A stretch of DNA of 64,000 nucleotides, from positions 21,458-85,457 of the IMG/VR virus record IMGVR_UViG_3300045988_107835; one strand, given 5' to 3'. Numbering within the stretch: position 1 is the first letter of the stretch; every line of letters begins with the position of its first letter. The position numbers and the translations under genes are program-made. Origin of the DNA: a virus. A model generated the notes under the pieces. That model did not search any database. It was not told the origin of the DNA and was given only the letters and a program-made list of their open reading frames with translations. Shown here one piece after another: positions 38,433 to 48,446 of the stretch.

Positions 38433-38771
38433 TCATTCTCCTGTAAAGCGGTCAAATTCTTCTCCGCTCATGACAATGCGGTTAATGATAATTATGCCGT
38501 TATCGCTATAATCATCATCTTTAATTCCCATATCATCAAGCTCTTTCTTTAAGTCTTCAAATGTGGGACCTTTCTTGTCTTTAGAAAATAAAGTAGCATG
38601 TGCAACCTTTCCGTTGTTTAGTTTTACTCTCACGGTATAGAGATATCCTTTTTCTTCTTCATCCTTTTTATTGATACCATCAAGGATGCTATTTATCATA
38701 TCCTTGTCCTTACGTGATAGGTTGGATATGGCTATTCTTCCCTTTAATCTAAATATTTCATTTTCGTTCAT
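38433..38771 (-). CDS. hypothetical protein
   Basis: 112-aa ORF. Confidence 0.45.
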   Translation of the reverse strand: MNENEIFRLKGRIAISNLSRKDKDMINSILDGINKKDEEEKGYLYTVRVKLNNGKVAHATLFSKDKKGPTFEDLKKELDDMGIKDDDYSDNGIIIINRIVMSGEEFDRFTGE

Positions 38772-39055
38772 GACTTTCTGTTTTTATTGTTTTCAAAATA
38801 TTGTCTTACGGCTTCTATGGCTTTATCATCATCAAAAGCTTCTTCAAACTCCGTGTAGAACCTATCTCGCTCCATGCAGAAAGTGTTTTTCCCTTCCGGT
38901 ATAGGACGGAACACAACCACCCTCTCTTTGTCGTGATTGGTTCCTATTATGTTATTGTCTAAGATAATAGAATACCTTCTTGAACTTTTGTTGATAACAA
39001 CATCATGTTGAAGACCATACAATTTAAGTATTTTCCTTAATTCATTTGTTTCCAT
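38768..39055 (-). CDS. hypothetical protein
   Basis: 95 aa; start/stop overlap with neighbours. Confidence 0.45.
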   Translation of the reverse strand: METNELRKILKLYGLQHDVVINKSSRRYSIILDNNIIGTNHDKERVVVFRPIPEGKNTFCMERDRFYTEFEEAFDDDKAIEAVRQYFENNKNRKS

Positions 39056-39779
39056 TATTTGAAGATTTTATATTTTTAGAAGATACTGCTCCCGATCCCC
39101 ACTTTTTCTTATATATAGTCCCCATCATGTTTATTAAATCGGAAAAAGAAGATATGGTTCCCATTTCTATGCAAAATGCAAGATTGGATTGAAGCATTTC
39201 AAGTTCTTTTAACTGATCTTGAGTTGCTCTGTTATCTAAAACATATTTATGTTTATTGAATACAATCCAGTTTAATTTATCAGCCATTTCTATGTAATCA
39301 ACATCTTCAAATTTTGATACAGACCTTGAAAGAGTATTGTATTTATCTCCTATCTCTATTCTATCCAAAATAAGTTTATCATTTAACCATCCAGTAACTT
39401 CTGCATACAGCATAGGATTTAATTCTATAGCGACTAATACCCATATGTAGGGATCACACATAACATTCCTGTTTGTTCCTCTTCCTGTAGTCTTATAGGC
39501 ATTATACCACTTCATTACTTTTATCAAAGAGTTGTTTTCCACTATATCCATAAACTCTTTCAAGGTTTCACTTTTTATGTATTTCTGTTTTTTAAGAATA
39601 TAAAATATCCTTTCTGCACTCTCCTTGTTCGAAAGAATATTTTCTATTCTCTTATCATTCCACCCCATCTCTACTCTTTTTCTTGTATATGCCTCTTGTA
39701 ATCCAGTTAATGACATAAAGGAAGTTTTAATGTCTTGTCTGATTACCACTCCATACAATAACCTGTCTTTAGAAATCAT
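39042..39779 (-). CDS. hypothetical protein, possible DNA-binding/antirepressor-like
   Basis: 245 aa; no firm motif. Confidence 0.4.
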   Translation of the reverse strand: MISKDRLLYGVVIRQDIKTSFMSLTGLQEAYTRKRVEMGWNDKRIENILSNKESAERIFYILKKQKYIKSETLKEFMDIVENNSLIKVMKWYNAYKTTGRGTNRNVMCDPYIWVLVAIELNPMLYAEVTGWLNDKLILDRIEIGDKYNTLSRSVSKFEDVDYIEMADKLNWIVFNKHKYVLDNRATQDQLKELEMLQSNLAFCIEMGTISSFSDLINMMGTIYKKKWGSGAVSSKNIKSSNNGNK

Positions 39780-39800
39780 ACCTTTTAAATTATTTAATAA

Positions 39801-39866
39801 AATACGCTTGTATTAAAATTACACGACGTAAAAATATAGATTGTGTAACTTTAATACAAGCGTATT
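39801..39866. repeat. 17-bp perfect inverted repeat with nested 6-bp inverted repeat (cruciform/operator or terminator)
   Basis: AATACGCTTGTATTAAA (39801-39817) / TTTAATACAAGCGTATT (39850-39866); inner TTACAC...GTGTAA. Confidence 0.6.
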
Positions 39867-39899
39867 GTGTTAAATTTTACTTATAGTGTTTTTATGGAC

Positions 39900-40256
39900 T
39901 CACATTATTCCTACCAAATTTACTTTTATAGAACCATTTATGGTTTTAATGCTCCCATCTATGGTCGAAATCACATCATCTATATCATTTATAATACTTT
40001 CCATGTCATCAACCACCTCCTCCATATCAGTTACAGCCTGATCTGATTCCCAATATCTTTCTGAGTCTTGTAACGATTCCGGTATATTATCTCTCGCCTC
40101 AGTCTCTTCGTCTAAAATCATATCAACATCATCTTTGGCTGAATTTATGTTGTGCTTCAACTCCGACAACTTTGATTTGATGTATTCAAAATCTGTTTTA
40201 TACTTATTTACATTGTTAATAACATCCGATATTTTTTTTCTTCTCTTGTTGTTCAT
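39900..40256 (-). CDS. acidic coiled-coil protein
   Basis: 118 aa, D/E/I-rich. Confidence 0.4.
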   Translation of the reverse strand: MNNKRRKKISDVINNVNKYKTDFEYIKSKLSELKHNINSAKDDVDMILDEETEARDNIPESLQDSERYWESDQAVTDMEEVVDDMESIINDIDDVISTIDGSIKTINGSIKVNLVGIM

Positions 40257-41674
40257 GCCTTTATCCTATTATAATATTCGATAATCTTTTCTTTCCTATC
40301 TCCTGGTTTTACTGCCATATTCTCAGCCAAGAACCTAAAATACGACACCGGTATGTCCTTGAATCTAATTCCTTCATATTTTCCAAACCACATTATTATA
40401 CTGTCAAGATCGTCTTCTCTCCTACCATCTCCATTCACAGATTTAAGCGAGGCTGCCCGACGAAGGATCTCGTCTTTGGTAATAATATCACCCATCCTTA
40501 TATTAGACAGAAGTTGATCGCCGGCAAACATACACCAGCCCTTAGAAGGGAATTGCTCAATTGTCAGGTCTTCTATCCGACCGAAACGCCTCATGTTGTC
40601 GCAGCAATCAACTATCAGCGCCTCTTTCTTGTCAGGATGGATGCGGACGGCGCGGCCTAATATTTGGTAATATGTTGAATATGAGAACGTTGGGCGACCA
40701 AACATCACGCAATCAAGTTCAGGAAAATCAAATCCGGTAGCAAGCGTTGAATAATTAAAAACCACCTTCAACTTACCTTCTTTAAAATCTGATATGATTT
40801 GCTCTCTTTTCTTTTTGGTTGTTAGCGATGTTACGACACCGGTTATGGCTCCCATCCTGGCATTCATGAACTCTGATATTCTATTACATGATTCGATAGA
40901 ATCCATGCAAACCAAAATGGCTTTACGCTCGTTCATAAGTTGAAGAAGGCGCTTGTAGATAGAGTTGTTTAAGCCGTTTCGTACAATACTTTCTTTAATA
41001 GATTCGTTGGTGTATTCGGCTCCGGTACTGTTTAACATCAGAGCCGATTCATCAAACGACCATCGTTCGTACTTAAGTGGACACCAAAAACCTTGAGAAG
41101 TTAGCTCTTGTATTTGTATTACATGAACTATTTTCTTGAAGAAGTTATGTTCGTCTTTCGTCAGCATATTAAGTTTGCTGTAGTTTCCTTCCAGCATGGA
41201 GCTGTAGGTCCGGAGGCGGCAGGGCGTGGCGGTGAAGCCCAGCACCTTCGCCTCGGGAAACTCGCTCATAAACTCCATAAATTCAGAACCTTCCTCAGGG
41301 GAATACCCCGAGTGGCATTCGTCCACCAATAAGGTGTCTATCCCTATATCTTTCAACCTTGCTACGTCTTTCTTTATGCTTTTAAGTGTAGCATAAGTCA
41401 TAGCCGATAATTCCTTTACGCCACATGAGGCAGAGTATATGGTAGGTTTAGCTCCAAATGATATGGCTTTCGCATAATTCTGTTCCAGAATCTCTTTTGA
41501 TGGCTGCAATACTAACGTCGGTCTATTTATCTCATGCGCTATCTTGGATATCAGAAGGCTCTTACCTGCTCCGCATGGGGCCACTATTATGCCAGGCTTC
41601 TTAGATTTTCCTGTAAGAAACTTAAGCCCGGCATCTACGGCCTCTTTTTGGTAAGGTCTAAGTTCAAAGCCCAT
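40253..41674 (-). CDS. superfamily 2 DEAH-box DNA/RNA helicase
   Basis: RPYQ (Q motif), APCGAGKS (Walker A), DECH (motif II), GFTATP (III), YQILGRAVR (VI). Confidence 0.85.
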   Translation of the reverse strand: MGFELRPYQKEAVDAGLKFLTGKSKKPGIIVAPCGAGKSLLISKIAHEINRPTLVLQPSKEILEQNYAKAISFGAKPTIYSASCGVKELSAMTYATLKSIKKDVARLKDIGIDTLLVDECHSGYSPEEGSEFMEFMSEFPEAKVLGFTATPCRLRTYSSMLEGNYSKLNMLTKDEHNFFKKIVHVIQIQELTSQGFWCPLKYERWSFDESALMLNSTGAEYTNESIKESIVRNGLNNSIYKRLLQLMNERKAILVCMDSIESCNRISEFMNARMGAITGVVTSLTTKKKREQIISDFKEGKLKVVFNYSTLATGFDFPELDCVMFGRPTFSYSTYYQILGRAVRIHPDKKEALIVDCCDNMRRFGRIEDLTIEQFPSKGWCMFAGDQLLSNIRMGDIITKDEILRRAASLKSVNGDGRREDDLDSIIMWFGKYEGIRFKDIPVSYFRFLAENMAVKPGDRKEKIIEYYNRIKA

Positions 41675-42050
41675 CGCAATCTATTTTACTGTTTTTTGAA
41701 AGTTCTATTATCGCCTCCTTTAGCATTTCTCTCGCTTTATTCTCATTATCTTCAAACAGACATACACTGCATGTAGCACCTTTGGAGGGGTAGTCTCTGT
41801 AGGCTTCTGCTCTTTCTACAACGTATTCACAACAATAGTCGTGACTCATGTCTTTTGCTATACTTATAAAATGATCTTCTCCATCCATCAACACGCAATA
41901 TTCAGCATCGTTTTCACATGCAATAACACCTTTGTTTTTTAAAATGGATAGCACTTTATTTCCAAAAAGTCCAATATAGACCCATATATCTTTCCCTGCA
42001 TTTTTGTAAAAAATATCCATCCCTTCTTTGATTGTGACTTTCTTTTCCAT
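41664..42050 (-). CDS. hypothetical protein
   Basis: 128 aa. Confidence 0.45.
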   Translation of the reverse strand: MEKKVTIKEGMDIFYKNAGKDIWVYIGLFGNKVLSILKNKGVIACENDAEYCVLMDGEDHFISIAKDMSHDYCCEYVVERAEAYRDYPSKGATCSVCLFEDNENKAREMLKEAIIELSKNSKIDCDGL

Positions 42051-42056
42051 AACCCC

Positions 42057-42380
42057 TTATTTTATATCAGTAATTAAAATATATTTTTTAACAATATATT
42101 CAAGACTCTCAGAAGAACGTATATATAGTTTTTCTTCGTACTCATATAGAGCGTACCCTTCTTTTATGTCTAATATCTTAATCACATGCTTGCCTCTTTC
42201 AAATGGATCCTCAAAGTAGTTCTTATGTTCGTATCTTTGACCTACTTTGATTTTGTCAGTTTTCTTCTTCATCTTATAACGATCTACTGCTTCACCTGTT
42301 TTTATGAAAATTGTCGTGAGCAAGTATAATAAAACTAAATACAAAAGGATCGCTACTCCACATATTAGATCTTCTTTCAT
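42057..42380 (-). CDS. small membrane-anchored protein
   Basis: N-terminal hydrophobic helix; 107 aa. Confidence 0.45.
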   Translation of the reverse strand: MKEDLICGVAILLYLVLLYLLTTIFIKTGEAVDRYKMKKKTDKIKVGQRYEHKNYFEDPFERGKHVIKILDIKEGYALYEYEEKLYIRSSESLEYIVKKYILITDIK

Positions 42381-42546
42381 TGCACTCCCTTTAAGTAGTT
42401 AAACCAAATAGCCTCAAGTTTCTCCCGGAACTCAAACGCCTTTTTAAAATTTCCGCACCGTACCGCCACGTTCCTCATCTCTTCAAGATATATGACTTCC
42501 GGATCTTGCCGGTATTTTGTTCTTAATTTTTGAACGCCCTCGTATT

Positions 42547-43566
42547 TCATCGATTTATCTTTTTAGACGGATCCCAATCTGAAGAGAAAGGGCATTCGTT
42601 TTTGTTATGTAATCCAAAGTCACAATAATAACACAGTGCCGACGGGCAGGGTAGCTTGTTTTGCGAAACAGGCTGGCTTAGGGTGGCACGCCGCTTGCTA
42701 TATCTGGCCCCTTCTGCTCCCTGGATGTACGCTTGAAATGATTTTACACTATTATCTTCAAAATCATACATTTTAGATAAAGTGTCATTTAGCATTTCTA
42801 TAGATTTTGTTTTACGCTCTTCATCCACCTTAACCTTTTGGTACTGTCTGGTCCTGGTAAAGAAATAGATGTTCATATCTGGCAGAACTCCACCATATTT
42901 TCTATAGATGTAAAACGAATATATAGGATGCTGTAAATTCGTTTCCAACTTCTTAGAATCAAAAACCTTATTACCTGATTTCCAATCTATGACATAATGG
43001 TGAACTACGTTCTTGCTCTTTATAGCCAGATGAAGATCCACCGATCCTACTATGTACACATGAGTATGAACGGTCCCATTTATATCAACAGGCTTAGGAA
43101 GACGGTACGGCAGCACAAAATCTTCTTCGACTCCAACTATAGCACCGCGTCTAATAAGTTTCTCGCAGGGATTAAGATCACTATCAGCTATCATAAACTT
43201 ATTCCCGTCTTTTTTAAACAGATCCACAATCCAAGCAAGAAGCTCCCCGGATTGCTTCATGGCTATCATCATATTTTCCGGTGATTGCCAAGGTATGTCT
43301 TCTTGATAGGAATAGTAACTTATTGCTTCTCCAAGGTCTTTACCAGAAGGCTGTCTTCCGTTCTTAAAAAAGTATTCCAGTGTCTTATGGATAACCGTAC
43401 CATAAGACGTAGCTTCTTGTTTTTCCGTAGGCCTTTTGCCCTCTACGTAAGTCTTATACCATTTCATTGGACAGGTAAGAAACGTATCTATCTGGGAATA
43501 AGATATGGCAAGACGTTTTACACCATTAAACTCCTTATATAGCAAATGCGTTTCCGGGACCATCAT
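42547..43566 (-). CDS. Cas4/RecB-like PD-(D/E)XK exonuclease with C-terminal FeS Cys cluster
   Basis: N-terminal ISYSQIDTFLTCP, catalytic core GSVDLH ... VIDWKSG (DYKTG-like), C-terminal CPSALCYYCDFGLHNKNEC. Confidence 0.75.
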   Translation of the reverse strand: MMVPETHLLYKEFNGVKRLAISYSQIDTFLTCPMKWYKTYVEGKRPTEKQEATSYGTVIHKTLEYFFKNGRQPSGKDLGEAISYYSYQEDIPWQSPENMMIAMKQSGELLAWIVDLFKKDGNKFMIADSDLNPCEKLIRRGAIVGVEEDFVLPYRLPKPVDINGTVHTHVYIVGSVDLHLAIKSKNVVHHYVIDWKSGNKVFDSKKLETNLQHPIYSFYIYRKYGGVLPDMNIYFFTRTRQYQKVKVDEERKTKSIEMLNDTLSKMYDFEDNSVKSFQAYIQGAEGARYSKRRATLSQPVSQNKLPCPSALCYYCDFGLHNKNECPFSSDWDPSKKINR

Positions 43567-43910
43567 AAGTCATTGTCTTTAAATCCTTCCGGGTAATATA
43601 CGACATACTTCTTACCGTCTTCTGGTGTCATGGCAAACTGCATGTAGTTATTACGATTACGATGCTTGCCATCTAATCCTCGCTTCCAATACAGAATCCC
43701 ATCTATATCCACATAAGACCGTCCGCGTTCGGCTCTAACTACGTCCGTGTGTAGCAGATACCCGTCGGAAGACACAATCCATACTTTATCCCCTTTGTTT
43801 AAATAAGATATTCTTTTTCTTACAACAACCTTTTCCTTATTATCTAATGCAAATTCTTCATCCGTCATATTCTTCATCCTCCTCTTCTTCTGTTTCAAAA
43901 TCAATTCCAT
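43563..43910 (-). CDS. hypothetical protein
   Basis: 115 aa. Confidence 0.45.
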   Translation of the reverse strand: MELILKQKKRRMKNMTDEEFALDNKEKVVVRKRISYLNKGDKVWIVSSDGYLLHTDVVRAERGRSYVDIDGILYWKRGLDGKHRNRNNYMQFAMTPEDGKKYVVYYPEGFKDNDL

Positions 43911-44406
43911 ATCCCATATTCTATTAAATATATTTAAAGCTATTCGTATGTTTTAATACATCCCCTCGGAGACTTTTCGGTCTCCTTGGTAGATGTAAAT
44001 CCCGTTAGGGATAAGTCAGGATTTCTCCTGTAAGTACCCATCGCCAATGTTATTTAAGGTTTTGAATAAGCAACACTGTTCCTCAAATACCAGAACTGTT
44101 CAATCACTTACCTTAGAGCTACAGACTTGGGCAAACATCCGTAGGTAACTATCTATTCTTAAATAACGTAGCCTTTGTTTCAAGGCTTAGGCTAATAACC
44201 CGATCTCTTAAAGAGATGTATTAAACTTTTATAATAGAATTATATTGGTTTAATACTATTTGGGGTTATAACACTGATCATAATGATTGGTCAGTTCTTC
44301 TGGTTCTAAATCTTGTCCAAAATCCATGTTAAAAATATCGTAATTAGTAAAGCACTTAAAAGCACTGTTTCCGCCGGCAGGAAATCTATGAATGCTGCTT
44401 TTATTT

Positions 44407-44454
44407 CTTCAATTAGGCCCAAGTGTAACCTTGGGCCATTGTATTTATTTTTTG
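44407..44454. terminator. hairpin GGCCCAAG/CTTGGGCC immediately 3' of the flotillin gene (bidirectional terminator candidate)
   Basis: 8-bp GC-rich stem, 6-nt loop; U-run on the plus-strand side. Confidence 0.4.
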
Positions 44455-46145
44455 TCATCTCCCTTTAACTTCTTTAAAGTATCTGCAATCGGAAGCTGAT
44501 CGATGACTCCCAATGCCGGAGCGACGGTCTTGACAACATTGTTAAGGAAATTACCGGTACTGTTCTGACCGCCGTCAAATACCGTGATATTTCCGAGGTT
44601 AATGTGCTCAAATGCTTTAACCTGTTCTCCAGCAATTTCTTTCCACTGATTAACCATCTTGTACTGGATGGCGATCTGAGGATTGGATTCTGCTGCTTCC
44701 ACCATAGCCTTAAATCCGTCGGCTTCTGCCATCAACGATTTTTTCTTACCTTCGGCTTCTGCCTCCAGCTTCATCTGAATAGCTTTTGCCTCCGCCTCAG
44801 CTTTTGCCAAATGTGCTGCTGCTTCTGCCTCAGCCCGGCGTTTGATCTTCTCTGCCTCAGCATCAGCTTGCAAGATAGCCTCTTCCTTCTGGGTTTCAGC
44901 CGGCACAATCTTTTCAGCCTTAAGCGCAGCCTGAACTTTCTTAGCCTTAGCTTCTTCCACTTCTTTGTCGGCAAGCTCTTTTGCTGTTTTTACAGCCGCT
45001 TCCGATTTAACTTTTTCTTCTCCGGCCTTCTTCTCTGATTGAGCTTTGATGATCTGTAGTTCTGATACTGATACAGCAACCTCCTTCTGGGCATTGTTGT
45101 ATCCTATAGACGCATTTTTCTCAGCCTCAGCCTTCTTAATCTGAGCTTCAGAGTCTTGTATTGCTATAGCTGCTTCCTTGTCAGCTTCAGCCTTATTCTT
45201 TCCGACTTCTTCCATTCTTTCAGCCTCGGCTTTATTTACTTCAAGTTCTGCCTTAGATCTTACAATCGCCGATTCCTTGTCGGTTAAAGTTTTTGCGATA
45301 ACCGCAGCCCTGTCTCTATCTGCTTGAGCTACGCCGATCTGTCTCTCTTTATCGGTTAAAGCCAAGGCTATTTCTTTTTCTTTCTTCGTTTCAGCTACTA
45401 TCGTTTCCTTTTCTTTTTCAGTACAAGCAATTTGAATCTCTTGTTCTTTTTTGGTATTAGCCACAGCCGTTTCTTTCTCCTTCTGCTGTACAGCAATCTT
45501 AATAGCACCCAGCTTCTCCTGCTCTTCGATATTAGCTTGTGCTTCGTTCAGAGCCCTACTTTCAGCCTCCTTACCAAGGTTCATAATATAACCTGCTTCG
45601 TCTCTGATGTCACTGATGTTGATGTTCAGGAGGTAAAGACCTAACTTGTTAAGCTCGTTATCAATGTTCTTTCTTGCCTTATCCAAAAACTCATCCCTGT
45701 CAGAATTAAGTTTTTCGATTGTCATTTCAGCAATAATCAAACGCATCTGACCGTAAACGATGTCCGTAATAAGATTTTCAGTAGATTCGGTATCCATCCC
45801 CAAAAGTCTTTCTGCCGCATTTTGCATGATTTCGGGATTTGTACTGATAGCTACTGTAATGGTCGTAGGTACATCTACTCTAATATTCTGAGATGACAAA
45901 GCACCGGTAAGCTTGCAATCTATTTGCATAGGCTCCATTGACAAAACATCATAGCTTTGAATAATAGGCAAGACGAATGCCGCTCCACCATGATATAATT
46001 TCGCCGACTTCTTTTCCCCACCTGTCTTACCGTAAACGACCAAGACCTGATTAGGCTTACATCTACGATACCTTGATAAGACTCCGATGATTGTCAAAAT
46101 AATCACTACGGCTAAGATAGCTGACACGTACATGATTGTTGTCAT
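44445..46145 (-). CDS. SPFH/band-7 flotillin-like protein (YqiK/FloA-like)
   Basis: N-terminal TM helix, SPFH core (NQVLVVYGKTGG...), long Ala/Glu/Lys-rich coiled coil typical of the flotillin EA-repeat region. Confidence 0.8.
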   Translation of the reverse strand: MTTIMYVSAILAVVIILTIIGVLSRYRRCKPNQVLVVYGKTGGEKKSAKLYHGGAAFVLPIIQSYDVLSMEPMQIDCKLTGALSSQNIRVDVPTTITVAISTNPEIMQNAAERLLGMDTESTENLITDIVYGQMRLIIAEMTIEKLNSDRDEFLDKARKNIDNELNKLGLYLLNINISDIRDEAGYIMNLGKEAESRALNEAQANIEEQEKLGAIKIAVQQKEKETAVANTKKEQEIQIACTEKEKETIVAETKKEKEIALALTDKERQIGVAQADRDRAAVIAKTLTDKESAIVRSKAELEVNKAEAERMEEVGKNKAEADKEAAIAIQDSEAQIKKAEAEKNASIGYNNAQKEVAVSVSELQIIKAQSEKKAGEEKVKSEAAVKTAKELADKEVEEAKAKKVQAALKAEKIVPAETQKEEAILQADAEAEKIKRRAEAEAAAHLAKAEAEAKAIQMKLEAEAEGKKKSLMAEADGFKAMVEAAESNPQIAIQYKMVNQWKEIAGEQVKAFEHINLGNITVFDGGQNSTGNFLNNVVKTVAPALGVIDQLPIADTLKKLKGDDKK

Positions 46146-46176
46146 AACTTTTAAAATTTAATTGTTGATAAAAAAA

Positions 46177-46671
46177 TTAGATACTTAATTCTCCTTCTTC
46201 ATATTTTATATTCGCCTTGTCGCCGTTTTTGTAGGTTTTCCCAGACAAGCATCTTACTCTCATTTGCTCTTGTCTTCCATTTTTCGAAATATTTACCATA
46301 TAATGATTCTTCCCTGATCTAAATACTATCTCCACTTCTCTTCCGTTTAAATCTTCCGGACATTCGTACACCATTTCTTGCTTTAACTTAAGAAGTAACT
46401 TATATACGTAAAACAAAATGATAAAGAAAAACGACCCTATCACAACCCCTACTAAATGGGAACCCGAAAAGTACGTGGCCCAGCTATATCCAAGAATAAA
46501 ATGCGTTATACCCTTGAATGATATGATGTCCGACAAAGACATGCTTAAATCAGAAGCACTGTCAATGTCAATATCCGTATCCAGATCAGATCCTAATATC
46601 GACAACAAAAACTGTATAACAAAAGCAAATGACGCTATTAAAGCCATGCATAAAATTATATCACTTCCCAT
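46177..46671 (-). CDS. NfeD-like membrane protein (YqiJ-like) with C-terminal OB-fold
   Basis: Two to three N-terminal TM helices then a beta-barrel segment GREVEIVFRSGKNHYMVNI; immediately upstream of the SPFH gene, as in yqiJK. Confidence 0.6.
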   Translation of the reverse strand: MGSDIILCMALIASFAFVIQFLLSILGSDLDTDIDIDSASDLSMSLSDIISFKGITHFILGYSWATYFSGSHLVGVVIGSFFFIILFYVYKLLLKLKQEMVYECPEDLNGREVEIVFRSGKNHYMVNISKNGRQEQMRVRCLSGKTYKNGDKANIKYEEGELSI

Positions 46672-46912
46672 ATCCTTTTGTTATTATTTTGTAAACAAGA
46701 TCAGTCATATCTTTGATGGATTCTGTATCATAATCAATAATAACGATATTGAATTTTTGTTCCACCATCACATCAAGCTCAATTCGATCAATAGAATCTA
46801 ATCCAAGTTCTTCAAACGACACATCTTCTTCATGAACTATATCTATTTCCGAATGAAGAAACTGAGTAATAATTATATCCTCTATTATCTTTCTAATTCT
46901 TACTTTTTCCAT
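46661..46912 (-). CDS. acpP: acyl carrier protein
   Basis: FEELGLDSIDRIELDVMVEQKF matches the ACP phosphopantetheine-attachment motif (DSL/DSI Ser); 83 aa, acidic, four-helix spacing collinear with E. coli ACP. Confidence 0.8.
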   Translation of the reverse strand: MEKVRIRKIIEDIIITQFLHSEIDIVHEEDVSFEELGLDSIDRIELDVMVEQKFNIVIIDYDTESIKDMTDLVYKIITKGYGK

Positions 46913-47613
46913 TGCTTTCTAATTTTGTTAAATAAATACGTTTTTATATTTTTCAATCGCTCTTTGTCTGTTTCTGAGCTTCCGGTAAACAAATAATCCG
47001 GATTTCCTTTAGCCGGCGGCGTGGGCAATTTAGATACAGCAAACAACCAATCCATTTCCTTATTCTTCTTAGGCTCCAAATAAGGCTCGGTAGCGATCTT
47101 AAATTTTTCAGCTATTAAGTCAAAGAGTTTTGAGTTTTTGAGGTTCATATGAACCGAGAAAGCCTGAGAAGGCGGTTTCCATATGAAGTTACATAAACTC
47201 ATTGTGTAATCTCCTGACTCTGCTATATAAGATTCTGTTACTTGAAGTATGACCTCTTTCTTAAATGAAGTATTACCCATAAACCAACACAATCTGGATT
47301 CCGCTTCTTTTCTGCTGACACCTATGTCTTTTGAATATGATTCGTACATTCCTATCATAATCTTCAACGTCTCCAGAACCTCGTCCGTCACTTCCGGTGT
47401 CTCTATATAATTCACAAAAGACGTTCCTTTGTTGGTTAATCTCATCACGCCTGATTTTAATTTCTCAACCAGACCAAGCTCTATATATCTCCCAGCATCT
47501 TCTTCCGGCATGGCTTCGATCATAACCGTGTCCTTCTGTCTTATGGCAAGAAGATTGGCAAGATCATTAGGAGTCATGTCTGATGCTGCAAGTTGTCTGA
47601 AATTGATGTACAT
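46900..47613 (-). CDS. hypothetical protein
   Basis: 237 aa, no motif. Confidence 0.5.
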   Translation of the reverse strand: MYINFRQLAASDMTPNDLANLLAIRQKDTVMIEAMPEEDAGRYIELGLVEKLKSGVMRLTNKGTSFVNYIETPEVTDEVLETLKIMIGMYESYSKDIGVSRKEAESRLCWFMGNTSFKKEVILQVTESYIAESGDYTMSLCNFIWKPPSQAFSVHMNLKNSKLFDLIAEKFKIATEPYLEPKKNKEMDWLFAVSKLPTPPAKGNPDYLFTGSSETDKERLKNIKTYLFNKIRKQWKK

Positions 47614-47615
47614 TC

Positions 47616-47813
47616 TTAATCAGCTTTAATAAAAATAACATTCTTGTTATCTTGTCTATCAACATGTCCACATGGACCAATAATTATGTCTGTACATGAA
47701 CAAGAATCGTAATCTTCGAATATACACCTATCGCATGTATCACCTTCCACACATTTTAATCTTACAAGTCCGGCAGTAAATACTTCTCCTACTTTAAATT
47801 CCTTCTTTTTCAT
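47616..47813 (-). CDS. small Cys-rich protein
   Basis: 65 aa; AAGGAGG RBS. Confidence 0.45.
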   Translation of the reverse strand: MKKKEFKVGEVFTAGLVRLKCVEGDTCDRCIFEDYDSCSCTDIIIGPCGHVDRQDNKNVIFIKAD

Positions 47814-47828
47814 ATTCCCTCCTTGTTT

Positions 47829-48431
47829 TCAACTGTTGTACCCTTCTTTAATAATCGAATTTCTACCGGTAGATACCGACTGTCGAAGATCGTCATGTAC
47901 AGAATCTACCGTAGAATACTTGTTTCTGGTTGTAAAAATCACTTCCAGCATCTCCTTGTAATCACCTAAAGCTACTTCGTATCTCGGATCTACTTTGGCT
48001 TTTCTTTCGGCCTCGGCATTACTTTTAGCCAGTTCTCGGTCGAGGAGGTCTTCTTTGATTCGGTCAGCAATCATATCAAGTTCTTTTTTAATAACTTCTC
48101 CTGCTGCCCGAAGTTGACCTTCTACATCACCAAGCTGGTCTTGGACGGTTCCTATTTCTTTCTTTAAACGATCATATTCGTTAATCATACCCATATCACC
48201 TGCATAGCCGGAAAAGTCCTTGATTATTCTGGTTCCTTCTTTAAGGAGCTCAATGACTCGTCTTTTACGTTCTCTGCTTATTAAAGACGGAAGACGATAA
48301 TTCATATCCGCCACCGCCTTGTCATGTATGGAGTTGATTAAAAACATCTCTCTCTCATCCCCTGCAAACTCCGTAAGAACCAAAAGGAACTTATTTATCA
48401 GGTATTCGTTTTCTTCTACTGTTAGTCTCAT
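47829..48431 (-). CDS. hypothetical coiled-coil protein
   Basis: 200 aa. Confidence 0.5.
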   Translation of the reverse strand: MRLTVEENEYLINKFLLVLTEFAGDEREMFLINSIHDKAVADMNYRLPSLISRERKRRVIELLKEGTRIIKDFSGYAGDMGMINEYDRLKKEIGTVQDQLGDVEGQLRAAGEVIKKELDMIADRIKEDLLDRELAKSNAEAERKAKVDPRYEVALGDYKEMLEVIFTTRNKYSTVDSVHDDLRQSVSTGRNSIIKEGYNS

Positions 48432-48446
48432 GGTTCTTATTTTTTT

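Noticed and set aside
44230-44410. Short plus-strand peptides (8-25 aa) in the 43.9-44.4 kb gap
   Set aside because: Too short, with no RBS or conserved character; the gap is treated as non-coding.
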